A DNA stretch of 64,000 bases from an uncultured Chloroflexia bacterium (lineage in GTDB: Bacteria > Chloroflexota > Anaerolineae > JAAYZQ01): assembly GCA_963700285.1 (NCBI GenBank), contig CAVOXA010000015.1, positions 64,001 to 128,000 on the forward strand, given 5' to 3'. The notes below the pieces were generated by a model that ran no database searches, had not been told where the DNA came from, and worked only from the letters and a program-made list of their open reading frames with translations. Position numbers and translations under genes: made by a program. Positions within the stretch are counted from its first letter, which is position 1; each line of letters opens with the position of its first letter. Positions 41,936-52,986 of this stretch are shown here, piece after piece.

Positions 41936-43693
41936 CTAGAGCCAATCGAGCAGCTCACCAGTACAATCGAGAATCAGATCGGCGCCAGCGCGTTCCAGCT
42001 CTTCCCTGGATCCAAAACCACATAGCACACCTACTGAGCGCGCCCCCGCTGCCCGGGCGGCCTCAATGTCGACCGTCGAGTCACCCACTAGCAAGCAGCG
42101 CTCCACGGGTACAGCGAGCTGTTCAGCCGTGTGGCGGATAGGACTGGGGTGTGGCTTGATGCGCCACGTATCATCCCGACCAGTGACAACCTGGATCAGA
42201 CCGGTCAGCTCCTGCTGGGCCAGAAAGACCCGTACATCGTGATGCTTCCGAGTGGTGACGATAGCCAAATAGTAGCGCCGACTCAGTTCATGAAGCATCT
42301 CGCCAGCACCATCGATGGGACGGAAACGAAGCGGAGCATTAACGCCACGCATTCGGCGCAGATGCTCCCCCATGCCTAATACATTATCATCCAAGCCGAT
42401 GCGGTCCAGCAAGGCCAATGCTCGAGTGGTTGGCCCCTCCCAGACCATGAGGAGGTGCCGCGCCATCCGTTCAGGATCCTTTCCTGGCACCAGTCTGCTC
42501 ACCGGCTTCAAACGGCGAGCCAGAGTCTCAACGGCCTGGTCGTCCGTCTCGACGAGCGTACCATCCAGGTCGAAAAGGATAGCGTCAATCTCACCCGGGT
42601 AGACATCCCCTTTCTCATCGATCTCGGGTGGGAATGGATCCTGGTCGACGAGCTTGGCATACACGTATGCTAGCAGCACGCGAGCCGTGCCGATAACCGG
42701 CGCGGCCAAAAAGATGCCCAACACTCCGGCTAGCATTCCACCGATCAACACGCCGACAAAGACGACGACCGGGTGAAGCTGTAGCCTCCGCCCCATGATG
42801 CGCGGCACCAGGTAAGCGCTCTCCAACTGCTGGATGATGAGATAGATACCCAATACCAGGACGGCAAACCAGAAATTACTCAAGGGAAGGTAGGTCGATC
42901 CACGGATAAGGGCAATGAGCAGTGCTGGGATGGTAGCAATGATAGGACCGAAGGTGGGAATTACCTCCAACACACCCGCCAGTAGCCCCACGAGCCCAGC
43001 TTGGGGCAAGCCGACCAGGGTCATGGTGATCCATACTGCCAGGCCAACAACCAGGGCCAGCACCACCTGTCCCCGGAAGAACGCCTTCCACACCAGGTTG
43101 ATTTCCTCACGGAGGCGGCGCAGTTCTTCGGCATATCCGGGAGGGGCCATTCGGTCCAAGTATGCCCGGAGGCGCCCTGCGTCTCGGATCAGATAGAAAG
43201 AGATCACAAAGATAGCCACCACCCAGACAACGCTGGAGGCAACGCCAACAAGCAACGTGACCGTCTGTGTTGCAAAGGGCTGGAACAGATCTTGGAGCGT
43301 CCCACGTACGTCGCCTACAAGATCTTGAGGGTTGAAGGTGAAGGTTAGAACCGTGACAGGTTGGGATAGGAAACCTACCACGTCATCCGTCAGCTGCTGC
43401 ACATCCAGATTCAATCGAGTTATCCAGCCCACGATATTGGGTACGACGATGACAGGGATCGCAGCGATGGCCAGTATCAGAGCGATGAACACGAGGATCA
43501 CAGACAACGTTCGTGGCAGCTTGCCTCGACGCTCTACATAGTCGACCACGGGTTTGAGCAGGTAGGCCAGAACAACGGCAATGGCCACAGGGGGAATAAT
43601 GGCCCGAAACAGATAGAAAGTGAGCAGCAGGACAATGATCAGGCCAATGACAACCAGACGTTTAGTTGTACGGCTCCATTCAGTCGAAACCAT
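41936..43693 (-). CDS. AI-2E family transporter fused to a HAD phosphatase
   Basis: FFRGQ, IPTFGP, QQLES..PRIMG..LHP; then FDLDGTL, KPHP, VGDSTVD. Confidence 0.85.
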   Translation of the reverse strand: MVSTEWSRTTKRLVVIGLIIVLLLTFYLFRAIIPPVAIAVVLAYLLKPVVDYVERRGKLPRTLSVILVFIALILAIAAIPVIVVPNIVGWITRLNLDVQQLTDDVVGFLSQPVTVLTFTFNPQDLVGDVRGTLQDLFQPFATQTVTLLVGVASSVVWVVAIFVISFYLIRDAGRLRAYLDRMAPPGYAEELRRLREEINLVWKAFFRGQVVLALVVGLAVWITMTLVGLPQAGLVGLLAGVLEVIPTFGPIIATIPALLIALIRGSTYLPLSNFWFAVLVLGIYLIIQQLESAYLVPRIMGRRLQLHPVVVFVGVLIGGMLAGVLGIFLAAPVIGTARVLLAYVYAKLVDQDPFPPEIDEKGDVYPGEIDAILFDLDGTLVETDDQAVETLARRLKPVSRLVPGKDPERMARHLLMVWEGPTTRALALLDRIGLDDNVLGMGEHLRRMRGVNAPLRFRPIDGAGEMLHELSRRYYLAIVTTRKHHDVRVFLAQQELTGLIQVVTGRDDTWRIKPHPSPIRHTAEQLAVPVERCLLVGDSTVDIEAARAAGARSVGVLCGFGSREELERAGADLILDCTGELLDWL

Positions 43694-43745
43694 GAACAGG
43701 TCCCCAGGATTAGGAAGCGAGTTCAGGTGATTCTGGTTCTAGCCT

Positions 43746-44327
43746 CTAGTAGACAACCCCAATGTTCTCTGGAGGCCAGTACGACACCCAGGCCCGTCCT
43801 ACAAGGTTCTCAATAGGCACCGGCCCAAAACTCCTCGAATCGTTGGAGTGATTGCGGTTGTCGCCCAGGACATAAACGTGGAGCGGCGGCACAGTGACCT
43901 GGCCGTTTCGACCTGGCTGTGTCTCCTCATCCACAAAGGGCTCATCTAATAGCTGGCCGTTGATGAATACCTGTCCGTCGCGGATTTCAACCGTCTCGCC
44001 TGGCAGGCCGATCACCCGTTTGATCAGCAGTTCGTCGCCCTGGCTGGGCAGTTTGAGGACCACAATGTCATACCGTTGTGGGCCATGAAAGCGATAGCTC
44101 ACTTTTTCGACGACTAGGCGTTGATCAGTGTGCAGGTTGGGCTCCATGCTCTGCCCTTCGACCCGCGTAGCTTGGCCGACAAAGACATTGATCAGCAGCG
44201 CAATGAGAATCGCTGGCAGGACAGTCTCCAATACCTCGCGAATCAGGCGCAAAAGCCGCCGCCCTACGCCGGGACTGCGCGGTTGTGGATCCTCAACCTC
44301 TTCAAAGCCGTTCAGTTCGTCGCCCAT
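43746..44327 (-). CDS. lepB: Signal peptidase I
   Basis: GQSMEPNL, IKRVIGLPGE, GDNRNHSNDSR. Confidence 0.95.
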   Translation of the reverse strand: MGDELNGFEEVEDPQPRSPGVGRRLLRLIREVLETVLPAILIALLINVFVGQATRVEGQSMEPNLHTDQRLVVEKVSYRFHGPQRYDIVVLKLPSQGDELLIKRVIGLPGETVEIRDGQVFINGQLLDEPFVDEETQPGRNGQVTVPPLHVYVLGDNRNHSNDSRSFGPVPIENLVGRAWVSYWPPENIGVVY

Positions 44328-44403
44328 GGGATTCTTTTCTCTTCCCAACCCAATCAAACTAAACGGGGTGCAGGGCTTTGTCGGGCCCCACACCCCAACG
44401 ATG

Positions 44404-46617
44404 CTATCTGTGATCGCGGCGTGGAGGACGGCCGCCCTGTGGCCGGCTACCTCCGCGTCCCCTATCTCGGGAACCACCAGAAGAACCGCCCTTGCGATCC
44501 CGATCACGAGCCTCTTCGGCAGTCCAGCCTGCCAACACAGCCTGGCGTGAGAGCCGGATTTTGCCCGAGTCGGGCTCCACGTCAATGACCATGACCATGA
44601 TCTCGTCGCCCACACGGACCACATCTTCGACGGAGGGCGCACGGTAATCTGCCAGTTGAGAGATGTGACACATGCCATCAACGCCAGGCATGATCTCAAC
44701 AAAGGCGCCGTAGCTTTCGGTGCGGACCACCTTGCCCACATAAACCTTGCCGATCTCGGCCTCCTCGGTCAAGGCTTCAATCATGGCAATGGCCTTCTCA
44801 GCGGCAGGGCCCTCAACGGCAGCAATGTAGACGGTGCCATCGTCCTCAATGTTCACATCCACTCCACAGTCCTCCTGGATCTTGCGGATCATCTTGCCAC
44901 CGGGGCCGATGATCTTGCCGATTTTATCCGGATCCACGTGGATAGTGATGATACGTGGTGCGAACGGTGAGAGTTCCGGCCGGGGCTCGTCCAGGGCTTC
45001 CCTCATCCTGTCGAGAATGTGAAGCCTGCCGTCACGCGCCTGGGCTACGGCCTTGGCCAGGATCTCGTAGCTCAAGCCCTTGATCTTGATATCCATCTGC
45101 AGGGCTGTGATCCCCTCACGGGTACCCGCCACCTTAAAGTCCATGTCGCCCAGATTGTCTTCCATGCCCTGAATATCGCTCAGGACGGCGTACTGGTCAT
45201 CTTGCAGGATCAGGCCCATGGCAATACCCGCCACAGGGTTCTTGATCGGTACGCCGGCATCCATGAGAGCCAGGGTACTGCCGCACACGGAAGCCATCGA
45301 TGTGGAACCATTGGATGACAGCACTTCGGAAACCACACGCAGGGTATAAGGGAACTCTTCTTCCGGGGGCAGCATCGGGCGCAGCGCTGCTTCGGCCAGT
45401 GCCCCATGGCCGATCTCCCGCCGCTTGGGGCCACGCATTGGCCAGGTTTCCCCTGTGCTGAAGGGCGGAAAGTTGTAGTGATGCATGTAGCGCTTGACAT
45501 CTTCGGGCCGCAACGTGTCCAGCCTTTGCTCCTCGCGAGGCGTACCCAGGGTCGCAATGCTGAGGACCTGCGTCTCACCTCGTGTGAAAAGACCCGACCC
45601 ATGTGCCCGAGGCAAAAGGCTCACCTTGCTCCAGATGGACCGGATCTCATCGGTCACCCGTCCATCAGCCCGCTGGCCCTTGTCCAGGATCAGCTTCCGC
45701 GTTTCAGCCTTGAGCACGTCACGATAGACCTTCTTGACATCGCCCAGGTCAATGGTGTCATCCTCGGCAAAGGAGCCCAGAATCTCGTTTTCTAGGATGT
45801 CCTGCGCCTGACCCCGTTCCTGCTTGCTCATCGGCTGGGCAACCAAGTCGGCCACACGATTGCCGATGCGATGCAGGATTCGCTCACGATCCCCCTCCTC
45901 TATGGTGATGACTGGGTAGTCAAGGCTCTTGGGTTTTCCAACTTCTTCCCGCATCTGCTTCTGCAGAGCTATCACGGGCTGCATGGCCTCGTGCCCCACC
46001 TTGAGGGCCTGAAGGACGATCTCCTCGTGGATCTCGCTTGCGCCAGCCTCAACCATTAGGATGGCGTCCTCGGTACCGGCCATGCGCAGGTCTAGCGTGC
46101 TTTTTTCCATCTGCTCGGCCGTGGGGTTGATGACAAATTCGTCATCGACTAACCCAACGCGGGAAGCACCGATTGGGCCTTCAAAGGGGACGTCAGAGAT
46201 GGTCAGCGCCGCCGAAGCACCAATGATGGCTGGGATATCCAAATAGTTCTCGGAATCGGATGACAGAGCAGTAGCAATGATCTGCACGTCATTGCGGTAG
46301 TCCTTGGGGAAGAGGGGTCGCAATGGGCGATCAATCAGCCTCATTGTTAGGATCCCCGATTCGCTCGGACGGCCCTCCCGCCGAAAAAAGCTGCCTGGGA
46401 TTCGACCTGCAGCGTAGAGCCGCTCCTCAAAGTCCACTGTCAGTGGGAAAAAATCGGTACCTTCGCGGGGCTTTTTCGAAGCTGTCGCTGTAACGAGCAC
46501 GACCGAGTCGCCCAACCGGACAGTCACGGCCCCGCCTGCCTGCATCGCCAGCAGACCGGTCTCGATGGTGAGGGGTTTGTCGCCGACCTGGACGACATAC
46601 GTTTTGCCGTTATTCAC
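44404..46617 (-). CDS. pnp: Polyribonucleotide nucleotidyltransferase
   Basis: [32 protein letters not shown]; KH and S1 domains; GTG start with RBS GGAGGT. Confidence 0.97.
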   Translation of the reverse strand: MNNGKTYVVQVGDKPLTIETGLLAMQAGGAVTVRLGDSVVLVTATASKKPREGTDFFPLTVDFEERLYAAGRIPGSFFRREGRPSESGILTMRLIDRPLRPLFPKDYRNDVQIIATALSSDSENYLDIPAIIGASAALTISDVPFEGPIGASRVGLVDDEFVINPTAEQMEKSTLDLRMAGTEDAILMVEAGASEIHEEIVLQALKVGHEAMQPVIALQKQMREEVGKPKSLDYPVITIEEGDRERILHRIGNRVADLVAQPMSKQERGQAQDILENEILGSFAEDDTIDLGDVKKVYRDVLKAETRKLILDKGQRADGRVTDEIRSIWSKVSLLPRAHGSGLFTRGETQVLSIATLGTPREEQRLDTLRPEDVKRYMHHYNFPPFSTGETWPMRGPKRREIGHGALAEAALRPMLPPEEEFPYTLRVVSEVLSSNGSTSMASVCGSTLALMDAGVPIKNPVAGIAMGLILQDDQYAVLSDIQGMEDNLGDMDFKVAGTREGITALQMDIKIKGLSYEILAKAVAQARDGRLHILDRMREALDEPRPELSPFAPRIITIHVDPDKIGKIIGPGGKMIRKIQEDCGVDVNIEDDGTVYIAAVEGPAAEKAIAMIEALTEEAEIGKVYVGKVVRTESYGAFVEIMPGVDGMCHISQLADYRAPSVEDVVRVGDEIMVMVIDVEPDSGKIRLSRQAVLAGWTAEEARDRDRKGGSSGGSRDRGRGGSRPQGGRPPRRDHR

Positions 46618-46645
46618 TTTTTTACCTCCAGATTTTACGGTGAGG

Positions 46646-46726
46646 AGGCAGGGTCCAGGGACTGGGGAGTAGGTCCCGGCCATCTCAATGAGCCAAGGCG
46701 CACTCCCCAATTCCTGACACCTGCCT
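46646..46726 (-). promoter_or_regulatory. Long imperfect hairpin in the pnp leader
   Basis: AGGCAGGGTCCAGGGACTGGGGAGT pairs with ACTCCCCAATTCCTGACACCTGCCT. Confidence 0.6.
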
Positions 46727-46835
46727 TTCCCGTATTGGATCTTCTTTCGTCAGATATGACAAGACCTACGGCGCCGGCAGCCACCTACGATGCTGGGCCA
46801 TAGGCCATCAGAGTCCATCTTTGAGCTCAGGATTG

Positions 46836-47105
46836 CTACCTGCGCAGCCCCAATCGTTCGACAATTTTGCGATAGCGCTCTGAGTCTGTCTGCTTCAAAT
46901 ATACCAAGTGTCTGCGCCGCTGTCCTACCAGCTTGTACAAGCCCCGTCGCGAATGCTCGTCGTGCTTGTGCACTTTCAAGTGCTCGGTCAACTGGCTAAT
47001 CCGCGTTGTCAACAAGGCAATCTGCACTTCCGGCGACCCAGTATCGCTTGGGTGCACATTATACTGCTGGATGATCTCTGTCTTTTCTGCTTTTGTCAAA
47101 GACAC
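46836..47105 (-). CDS. rpsO: 30S ribosomal protein S15
   Basis: [29 protein letters not shown]. Confidence 0.98.
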   Translation of the reverse strand: MSLTKAEKTEIIQQYNVHPSDTGSPEVQIALLTTRISQLTEHLKVHKHDEHSRRGLYKLVGQRRRHLVYLKQTDSERYRKIVERLGLRR

Positions 47106-47149
47106 CGCCTGTTCCTTTCTCGGTACCCGAACTCAGGCTAGCATAGATG

Positions 47150-47216
47150 AGCGCGGGGCTCTTCCCCGCGCTTTCCAACCAACGACCATTATATCACAGT
47201 ATAGGCTGTGATGCAA
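47150..47216 (-). promoter_or_regulatory. rpsO promoter and leader hairpin
   Basis: TTGCAT-17-TATAAT (47216-47188); hairpin AGCGCGGGG-CTCTT-CCCCGCGCT. Confidence 0.65.
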
Positions 47217-47363
47217 ATATGCTCAGGGTAATCGCAGAAAAGACATTTCGAGAATTATGTACAGTAAAGCTGGGCAGCACCCTCTGCGGAGAATCACCTG
47301 CACATCGGACATGGTCCGGCCAATTCATGCCAGCCACAAACTTGTAGAGCCACGCTGTCGAGA

Positions 47364-47813
47364 TCAGAGCCACTTACTCATCAAGTAAAAACGATCCCTA
47401 TCGTCAAAGCCATTGGACCTGTAGAATCGCTGAGCACCATGATTCCCGCGTTCCACTTCGAGATGGAGCGCTCCAATGCCCATCGATCTGGCTTCCAGTT
47501 CTACCAGCCCAAGGGTTCTTGCACCAATGCCGCGCCCCCTGTAACCAGCCTGAATGTAAAACTCGTCTATGAAAGCGTCTCGTCCTCCGAACTCGAGGCT
47601 GTAGCCGAATGTCAACACAATGTAGCCTATGGCCAGATTGTTCCGGCCGATCAGCCAAATGTACCCGAGAGCCTGGTCATTTAGGAGATCCCTCAGGGCA
47701 GCAGAAGCGCTAGACTGGTCAAACATGAGTCCATCGTGGGCATAGTATTCCTGCATCAGGGCTAGCAGATCAGGTAGGTCATCAACTCCCGCTGGCATGA
47801 TCCTAACCTGCAC
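47364..47813 (-). CDS. GNAT acetyltransferase
   Basis: YSLEFGGRDAFIDEFYI, YRGRGIG, AQRFY; RBS AGGAGG. Confidence 0.85.
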   Translation of the reverse strand: MQVRIMPAGVDDLPDLLALMQEYYAHDGLMFDQSSASAALRDLLNDQALGYIWLIGRNNLAIGYIVLTFGYSLEFGGRDAFIDEFYIQAGYRGRGIGARTLGLVELEARSMGIGALHLEVERGNHGAQRFYRSNGFDDRDRFYLMSKWL

Positions 47814-47881
47814 CTCGACACCTCCTTGGGTAAGCTGAGCGGCGAGCAGGCAATACCTCGAATTGCAGCCAAAGCTCCCGG

Positions 47882-49051
47882 CTACTGAGCCCACAGATGC
47901 GCGTACTTGAGCCCGCTCCCGGTGTTGAACAGTGCCACTCGCTCATCATCGTTGATCCAGCCTTGCTGGCGCAAGTGCTGGAAGGCGACGAGTGTGGCAG
48001 CGCCTTCAGGGCAGACAAAGATGCCCTGCGTGCGGCCGATGAGTTTGGCGGCTTCCAGCATCTCCTGGTCGGACACGGCGATAGCCGCGCCGTCGCTCTC
48101 GCGCAGGGTACGGAGAATGAGAAAGTCGGCGACAGCTGCTGGCACACGCAGGCCGTCGGCAACGGTATGCGCGTTTTGCCAAGGGGCGGCGAATTCCTGG
48201 CCTTCCTGGAAAGCGCGGACGATGGGTGCGCAGCCCTCTGACTGGACGGTGACCATCCGCGGTCGATGGGAGCCGATCCAGCGCAGTTTCTCCATCTCAT
48301 CAAAGGCTTTCCACATACCGATCAGCCCCGTCCCACCACCCGTGGGATAGATGATGACGTCGGGCAGTGCCCAGCTCATCTGCTCGGCCAATTCGTAGCC
48401 CATGGTCTTTTTGCCTTCCAGGCGGTAGGGTTCCTTCAGGGTGGAGATATCAAAGCGGTCGAAGCAGCGCACGCCTTCAGCAGCGGCTCGGCCACAATCG
48501 GTGATCAGCCCGTCGACCAGGGTCACCTCGGCGCCCAGGACGCGGCACTCGGCCACGAACAGGGGGGGCACGTCCTGGGGCATGAACACGTGAGCCTCCA
48601 TGCCAGCCAGGGCAGCATAGGCGCTCAATGCTCCGGCGGCGTTACCCGCCGACGGGATCGAAATTGCCTTGACCCCCAATTCGTGGGCACGGGAGACGGC
48701 TACTCCCAGGCCCCGTGCTTTGAACGAAGCAGTGGGGTTCAGGCCCTCGTCCTTGATGTATAATTTCTCAAAGCCGATGGCTTTGCCCAGCTTCGTTGCG
48801 TGGATCAATGGTGTCCAGCCCTCACCAAGGCACAAGGTGTAGCGTGGATCGCGTACAGGGAGCAGTTCACGATAGCGCCACAGTGTTGTCTCGCGCTCGG
48901 CAATCTCCTCGCGACTGAGACGTTGGCGCGCGGTTTCAAGATCGTAGCGGGCCAGCAGTGGCTTGTCGCACTTTGGGCAGAGATTCCAAAGCCGGTCAGC
49001 CTCAAATTCCCTTCCACAAAGGGCACATTCCAGGTAGGACAGATAGCTCAT
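47882..49051 (-). CDS. thrC: Threonine synthase family PLP enzyme
   Basis: LGEGWTPL, NPTASFKARG, SAGNAA, EGKKTMGYE, PTGGGTG, NTGSGLKY. Confidence 0.75.
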   Translation of the reverse strand: MSYLSYLECALCGREFEADRLWNLCPKCDKPLLARYDLETARQRLSREEIAERETTLWRYRELLPVRDPRYTLCLGEGWTPLIHATKLGKAIGFEKLYIKDEGLNPTASFKARGLGVAVSRAHELGVKAISIPSAGNAAGALSAYAALAGMEAHVFMPQDVPPLFVAECRVLGAEVTLVDGLITDCGRAAAEGVRCFDRFDISTLKEPYRLEGKKTMGYELAEQMSWALPDVIIYPTGGGTGLIGMWKAFDEMEKLRWIGSHRPRMVTVQSEGCAPIVRAFQEGQEFAAPWQNAHTVADGLRVPAAVADFLILRTLRESDGAAIAVSDQEMLEAAKLIGRTQGIFVCPEGAATLVAFQHLRQQGWINDDERVALFNTGSGLKYAHLWAQ

Positions 49052-49167
49052 CTATTGTTTCCTTTTTGACATCTTTTGTCATGAGAAAGGCTTAATGCGG
49101 CAGATCTGGATCATCGAGAGAACAGCAGATTGTGACGGGCTGAGCGAAATCCAGTCTGCATCAGCGA

Positions 49168-50346
49168 TTAGAACGTCACCAAACTTCCCATCAGGGTGAT
49201 GGTGATGGCGCTCACGACACCAACGATCAGCGCTGCAGCCAGTCCGACAAAGAAAGGTTTGATACCCAGCCCCTTGAACGATCGAAAATTAGTGCTCAGC
49301 CCCACAGCGGCCAGGGCAACCACCAGCAGATAGCCAGCCCAGGTGTTGAGGGTTGTATAGATGGCCTGCCACGTCTCGGCATCCCACAATCCAAAAGCTT
49401 CACCGCCAGCCTTGATCGTGGCATCGCCAATGGACCGGAGCATAGCCATGGCCAGGAAGCCCAGGACAAAGAGCGGTAGCAACTTCAGGGGATTGGTCCG
49501 CTTTCCAGCGAAATCGTCCTGATCCTGTACCTTACGGGCATAGTAGTAGGCCATGAAAGGGATCACAGCCGCCATGAATACGTTGCGTACCAGCTTGGTG
49601 ACGGTAGCCACGTCGAGGCTCAATGGCGCGGAAAAGACGTCCGCATATACTTTGGCTGCTCCGACCACCTGGGATGTGTCGTGGATCGAAGTACCCAGGA
49701 AGAGGCCTACCTTGATCGCATTTCCGGCAAAGATTACATTGGCAAGGTAAGGGTAGACGATGGTTGCCAACAAGCCGAATATGGTAATGACCGCCACGGC
49801 ATAGGCTACTTCTTCCTCTTCGGCATCGATAGCTGGACCAGTGGCAACAATGGCCGACACTCCGCAGATAGAAGTGCCTACAGCGATCAGGGCGCCCAAC
49901 CGCTCGGGCAGGTTCAACCACTTGTTGATGCGCGTGGTGAAAAACAGCGCACCAATGATGCAGGTAACGACGATCGGGATACCATACACCCCCAGCCGGA
50001 ACACATCAAAGATGGTCAGCCGGATGCCCAGGAGGATGATGCCCAAACGCAGGATCTTTTTAACAGAGAAAGAGAGTCCGGGCTTGAGCACCTTGGGCAT
50101 GGGAATGAGCGCGCTAACAATGAGGCCCAGGAGAATGGCCAGCATCACCGACGAAACCGGGGTCTTGTCGAAACCCATCAAGGTGATGCCGATGAATTTG
50201 CTCAGCCAGACACTGAACCAGGCCAATACGATGGCCACGATAAGGCCGGGCAGCAAGGATGGCACCTTGTTAACCGTCACCCCCAACAGATTCTTTTCCA
50301 AGGCGCTAATCTTGCGCTTGAGGGTTGCCTCCTCTGTGCTAGTCAT
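49168..50346 (-). CDS. YeiH / putative sulfate exporter family membrane protein
   Basis: LRLGIILLG, GTSICGVSA, GTSIHDTSQV, TKLVRN, ALAAVGL. Confidence 0.9.
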   Translation of the reverse strand: MTSTEEATLKRKISALEKNLLGVTVNKVPSLLPGLIVAIVLAWFSVWLSKFIGITLMGFDKTPVSSVMLAILLGLIVSALIPMPKVLKPGLSFSVKKILRLGIILLGIRLTIFDVFRLGVYGIPIVVTCIIGALFFTTRINKWLNLPERLGALIAVGTSICGVSAIVATGPAIDAEEEEVAYAVAVITIFGLLATIVYPYLANVIFAGNAIKVGLFLGTSIHDTSQVVGAAKVYADVFSAPLSLDVATVTKLVRNVFMAAVIPFMAYYYARKVQDQDDFAGKRTNPLKLLPLFVLGFLAMAMLRSIGDATIKAGGEAFGLWDAETWQAIYTTLNTWAGYLLVVALAAVGLSTNFRSFKGLGIKPFFVGLAAALIVGVVSAITITLMGSLVTF

Positions 50347-50923
50347 GTCCCGATTCCTCCAGTGTGACAGTCTCTTTGCTAAAAAATGCTACAGCAAGTT
50401 CATGATTACGACCATAACACCTTAAAAAAGCAAGGCAATCATCTGTGACTTGGCAGGTACCAGGCTCTTTCCAAGGCACAACCCGTGGCCTATCAGCGCC
50501 GCTCCGGATCCCGTCGGTTATCCTCAGAGGCAACATACGCGGGGCACCAGGACCAGCCCATAATCTCAGGTACCACCCCACAACACCTCTTGCTCTCATA
50601 GACATCCTTCATCTTTGGCCTTGGTGGCTTGGGCACATCCAACCCGTGCTCCATTATCTGGGGACAGGTTGGAAGATATTACCACAACAGCATTCTGGTG
50701 TCTACCTTACAGAGGCGTGAAGCACCTCCTACTGTTGAGTCTGGCGATAGCACCGATGTCCTGTTGCGGGCATCTCAGGGCTTCGTCCAGAGGAAACTGG
50801 TTGTCAATCTGATTTTGTGTTGCCCCAAAACATGGTATAATCCGAAAAGTCGTCATGTTCACAGGAATTTGCTGCAGGGATATGCTGGGCCCAATACCAG
50901 CGTCAGGGAGAGGGAAAATCCCG

Positions 50924-51892
50924 ATGTGCTACCAAGAATGTGCCCTTTACGGTGAATTGGTTCTCTGGCTGCGTGACAAGGCCGCAGAACTGCTGGCCAA
51001 TGGCGACGGAAAGATCGAGGTAGAGCAGGGGCAGTTGGATGCTCTCATCCGCGGCTGGTTCTTCACGCCTCGGGATGACCTCCACGGCTGCGCGCCGCGC
51101 GACCTGATCTGGGCCGAGCAATTGGGCCAACCCAATCCCGTCCATCCCGAACACACGGATGAATTCTTTCCAGACGACTGCCCGATCTGTGAGTACGAAC
51201 GGGCGCATCTAAAAGCGGCCCTGGAATCGGGAGAAGAACATGGCTTCCACTGGCATTATGACGATGGGGGCTACCCACTCATTGCCCACTACGATCCTGA
51301 AGGCTGGGACGAGCGCTGGGCTGCCGACGTCGCCTTGTCTGAAGCTATGCACCAGAACGAACTGGAGAACCAGAGTCCACTGGCTGCACCTTCCTATGAA
51401 CCCCCGCCCACCGATCCCAAAGAAATGGATCCCCAGGCATTTCTTGAGGCTCTGCGCCAGCCATGGGTCGATCCCGCCCTGCACCGTGCGGCCGAAAAAC
51501 TTACCGAGTACTGCGACGTCCCCGTTCCCGATCCTGTGACCGGCTTGCGCTACCGGCGCGTGACCCGGAGCGAAGCGCTTTCCCTGCTGGCCGGCCTCGA
51601 TGGGCAGGGCGTGGACATCAATGCCCTGCTGACGCAAATAGACGCCTGGCCCTATCAGAACATCGCCCTGGACTGGCTTAGCGATCCCCTACAGAATGTG
51701 GCTATGTTCTGCCTGGTCCTGGAGCAGGATGCGGCTTCTGGAGACCAAGATGGCCAAACACGCGTTCGCCAGCACCGAGATTTTGTCTTTGCTCTGGGCA
51801 GAGTAGTCCCTCCGAGTGCCCGCATCTGGCTGCGGGGCTGGCTTGAAGCCGTAGGCATTGGAGCTTTTGCCCCGACCGACCTACCGTTCTGA
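50924..51892 (+). CDS. Hypothetical protein
   Basis: Long ORF with WFFTPRDDLHGCAP and DDCPICE motifs; first of three co-oriented unknown genes. Confidence 0.65.
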   Translation: MCYQECALYGELVLWLRDKAAELLANGDGKIEVEQGQLDALIRGWFFTPRDDLHGCAPRDLIWAEQLGQPNPVHPEHTDEFFPDDCPICEYERAHLKAALESGEEHGFHWHYDDGGYPLIAHYDPEGWDERWAADVALSEAMHQNELENQSPLAAPSYEPPPTDPKEMDPQAFLEALRQPWVDPALHRAAEKLTEYCDVPVPDPVTGLRYRRVTRSEALSLLAGLDGQGVDINALLTQIDAWPYQNIALDWLSDPLQNVAMFCLVLEQDAASGDQDGQTRVRQHRDFVFALGRVVPPSARIWLRGWLEAVGIGAFAPTDLPF

Positions 51893-51944
51893 ACAAGCCT
51901 GCAACGGCAGGATTCTCCGAGCAGGCAGCGCAGAGGAGTCTGGA

Positions 51945-52961
51945 ATGGAGCTACCTAGCCCAACCATAGAAGAGTACCGTCGCCTCTATGAGGCGGCCAA
52001 CGCCTTCAAACAGGAAGCCCCCTGGACGTGGATGACCGAAGATCAGCTCTTTGCCATCCGCAACCCCGAGACAGGGCAGATTGGCTACGCCAGTGTCATG
52101 GGCATGCTGGGAGAACATCTGGCCTTGGCCCTATACCTGGGTTCGGTGGCGCTGGACGGTTTCTGGCGCATGCAGTACGGCGCATTCAGAGAAAACCCCA
52201 TTCTGCCCCTGGAGATTCCTCAATTGCAGGCATCCTTTGAGGATCGAAATACCCTGAATCCCAAGGACCGGGAGGTGATCAAGAGCCTGGGACTCAGCTT
52301 CCGTGGAAAACTGGAATGGCCCATGTTCCGTAGCTATGTCCCAGGCTGCGCGCCCTGGTTCGTCACACCGGAGGAAACCCGCTTCCTAACCGTGGCGCTC
52401 GAGCAGGCGTTGAACGTATCTCTCCGGCTCAGGGAGGATCCTGAATTGCTGGAAGCGCCTGACGAGGAGGAGTACCTGGTACGTCTGCAGACAAAGCAGG
52501 GCTGGGCAGATGCATGGTTGCTCCCAGAACCGATCCCAGCACGTCCACCACAATCCGTAGATTCCCAGCGACTGGCAGCCATGCGCCGGGATTTCCCCCG
52601 CCGGAGGTTCACGTTGCAGGCGGACCTGTTCGCCCTACGCAGCCAGATCAAGGAGAAGGAGGATCCCCGACCCTACCTGCCCTACATTCTGCTCGTCGTA
52701 GAAGCTAACTCGGGCATGGTCCTGGGAACCGATCTCATGATTGCCAAGCCATCCCTTGATGCGGTGTGGGCCCAGACGCAGTCAGGCTTCCTGGAGACGG
52801 TCGCCCGCCTGGAGAACATACCCAGCCGGATTGCCGTACGTGACCAACGCCTCTACAATCTCTTGACGCCCATCGCGCGCGGCCTGGGAATCCGGCTACG
52901 TGTGTCCCGGCGCCTGCCTGCCTTGGACGAGGCCCGGGCCGCCATCGAAGTCAGAGTGTAG
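51945..52961 (+). CDS. Conserved hypothetical protein (DUF7309/DUF6930-like)
   Basis: APWTWM, GYASVMGMLGEHLALALY, WPMFRSY.PG..PW; RBS GAGGAG. Confidence 0.7.
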   Translation: MELPSPTIEEYRRLYEAANAFKQEAPWTWMTEDQLFAIRNPETGQIGYASVMGMLGEHLALALYLGSVALDGFWRMQYGAFRENPILPLEIPQLQASFEDRNTLNPKDREVIKSLGLSFRGKLEWPMFRSYVPGCAPWFVTPEETRFLTVALEQALNVSLRLREDPELLEAPDEEEYLVRLQTKQGWADAWLLPEPIPARPPQSVDSQRLAAMRRDFPRRRFTLQADLFALRSQIKEKEDPRPYLPYILLVVEANSGMVLGTDLMIAKPSLDAVWAQTQSGFLETVARLENIPSRIAVRDQRLYNLLTPIARGLGIRLRVSRRLPALDEARAAIEVRV

Positions 52962-52986
52962 CAGGGGTTTATTCAGAGGATCTACG

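Noticed and set aside
50350-50900. Short overlapping ORFs in the gap between yeiH and the hypothetical operon
   Set aside because: No recognisable motifs or consistent start signals; left unannotated.
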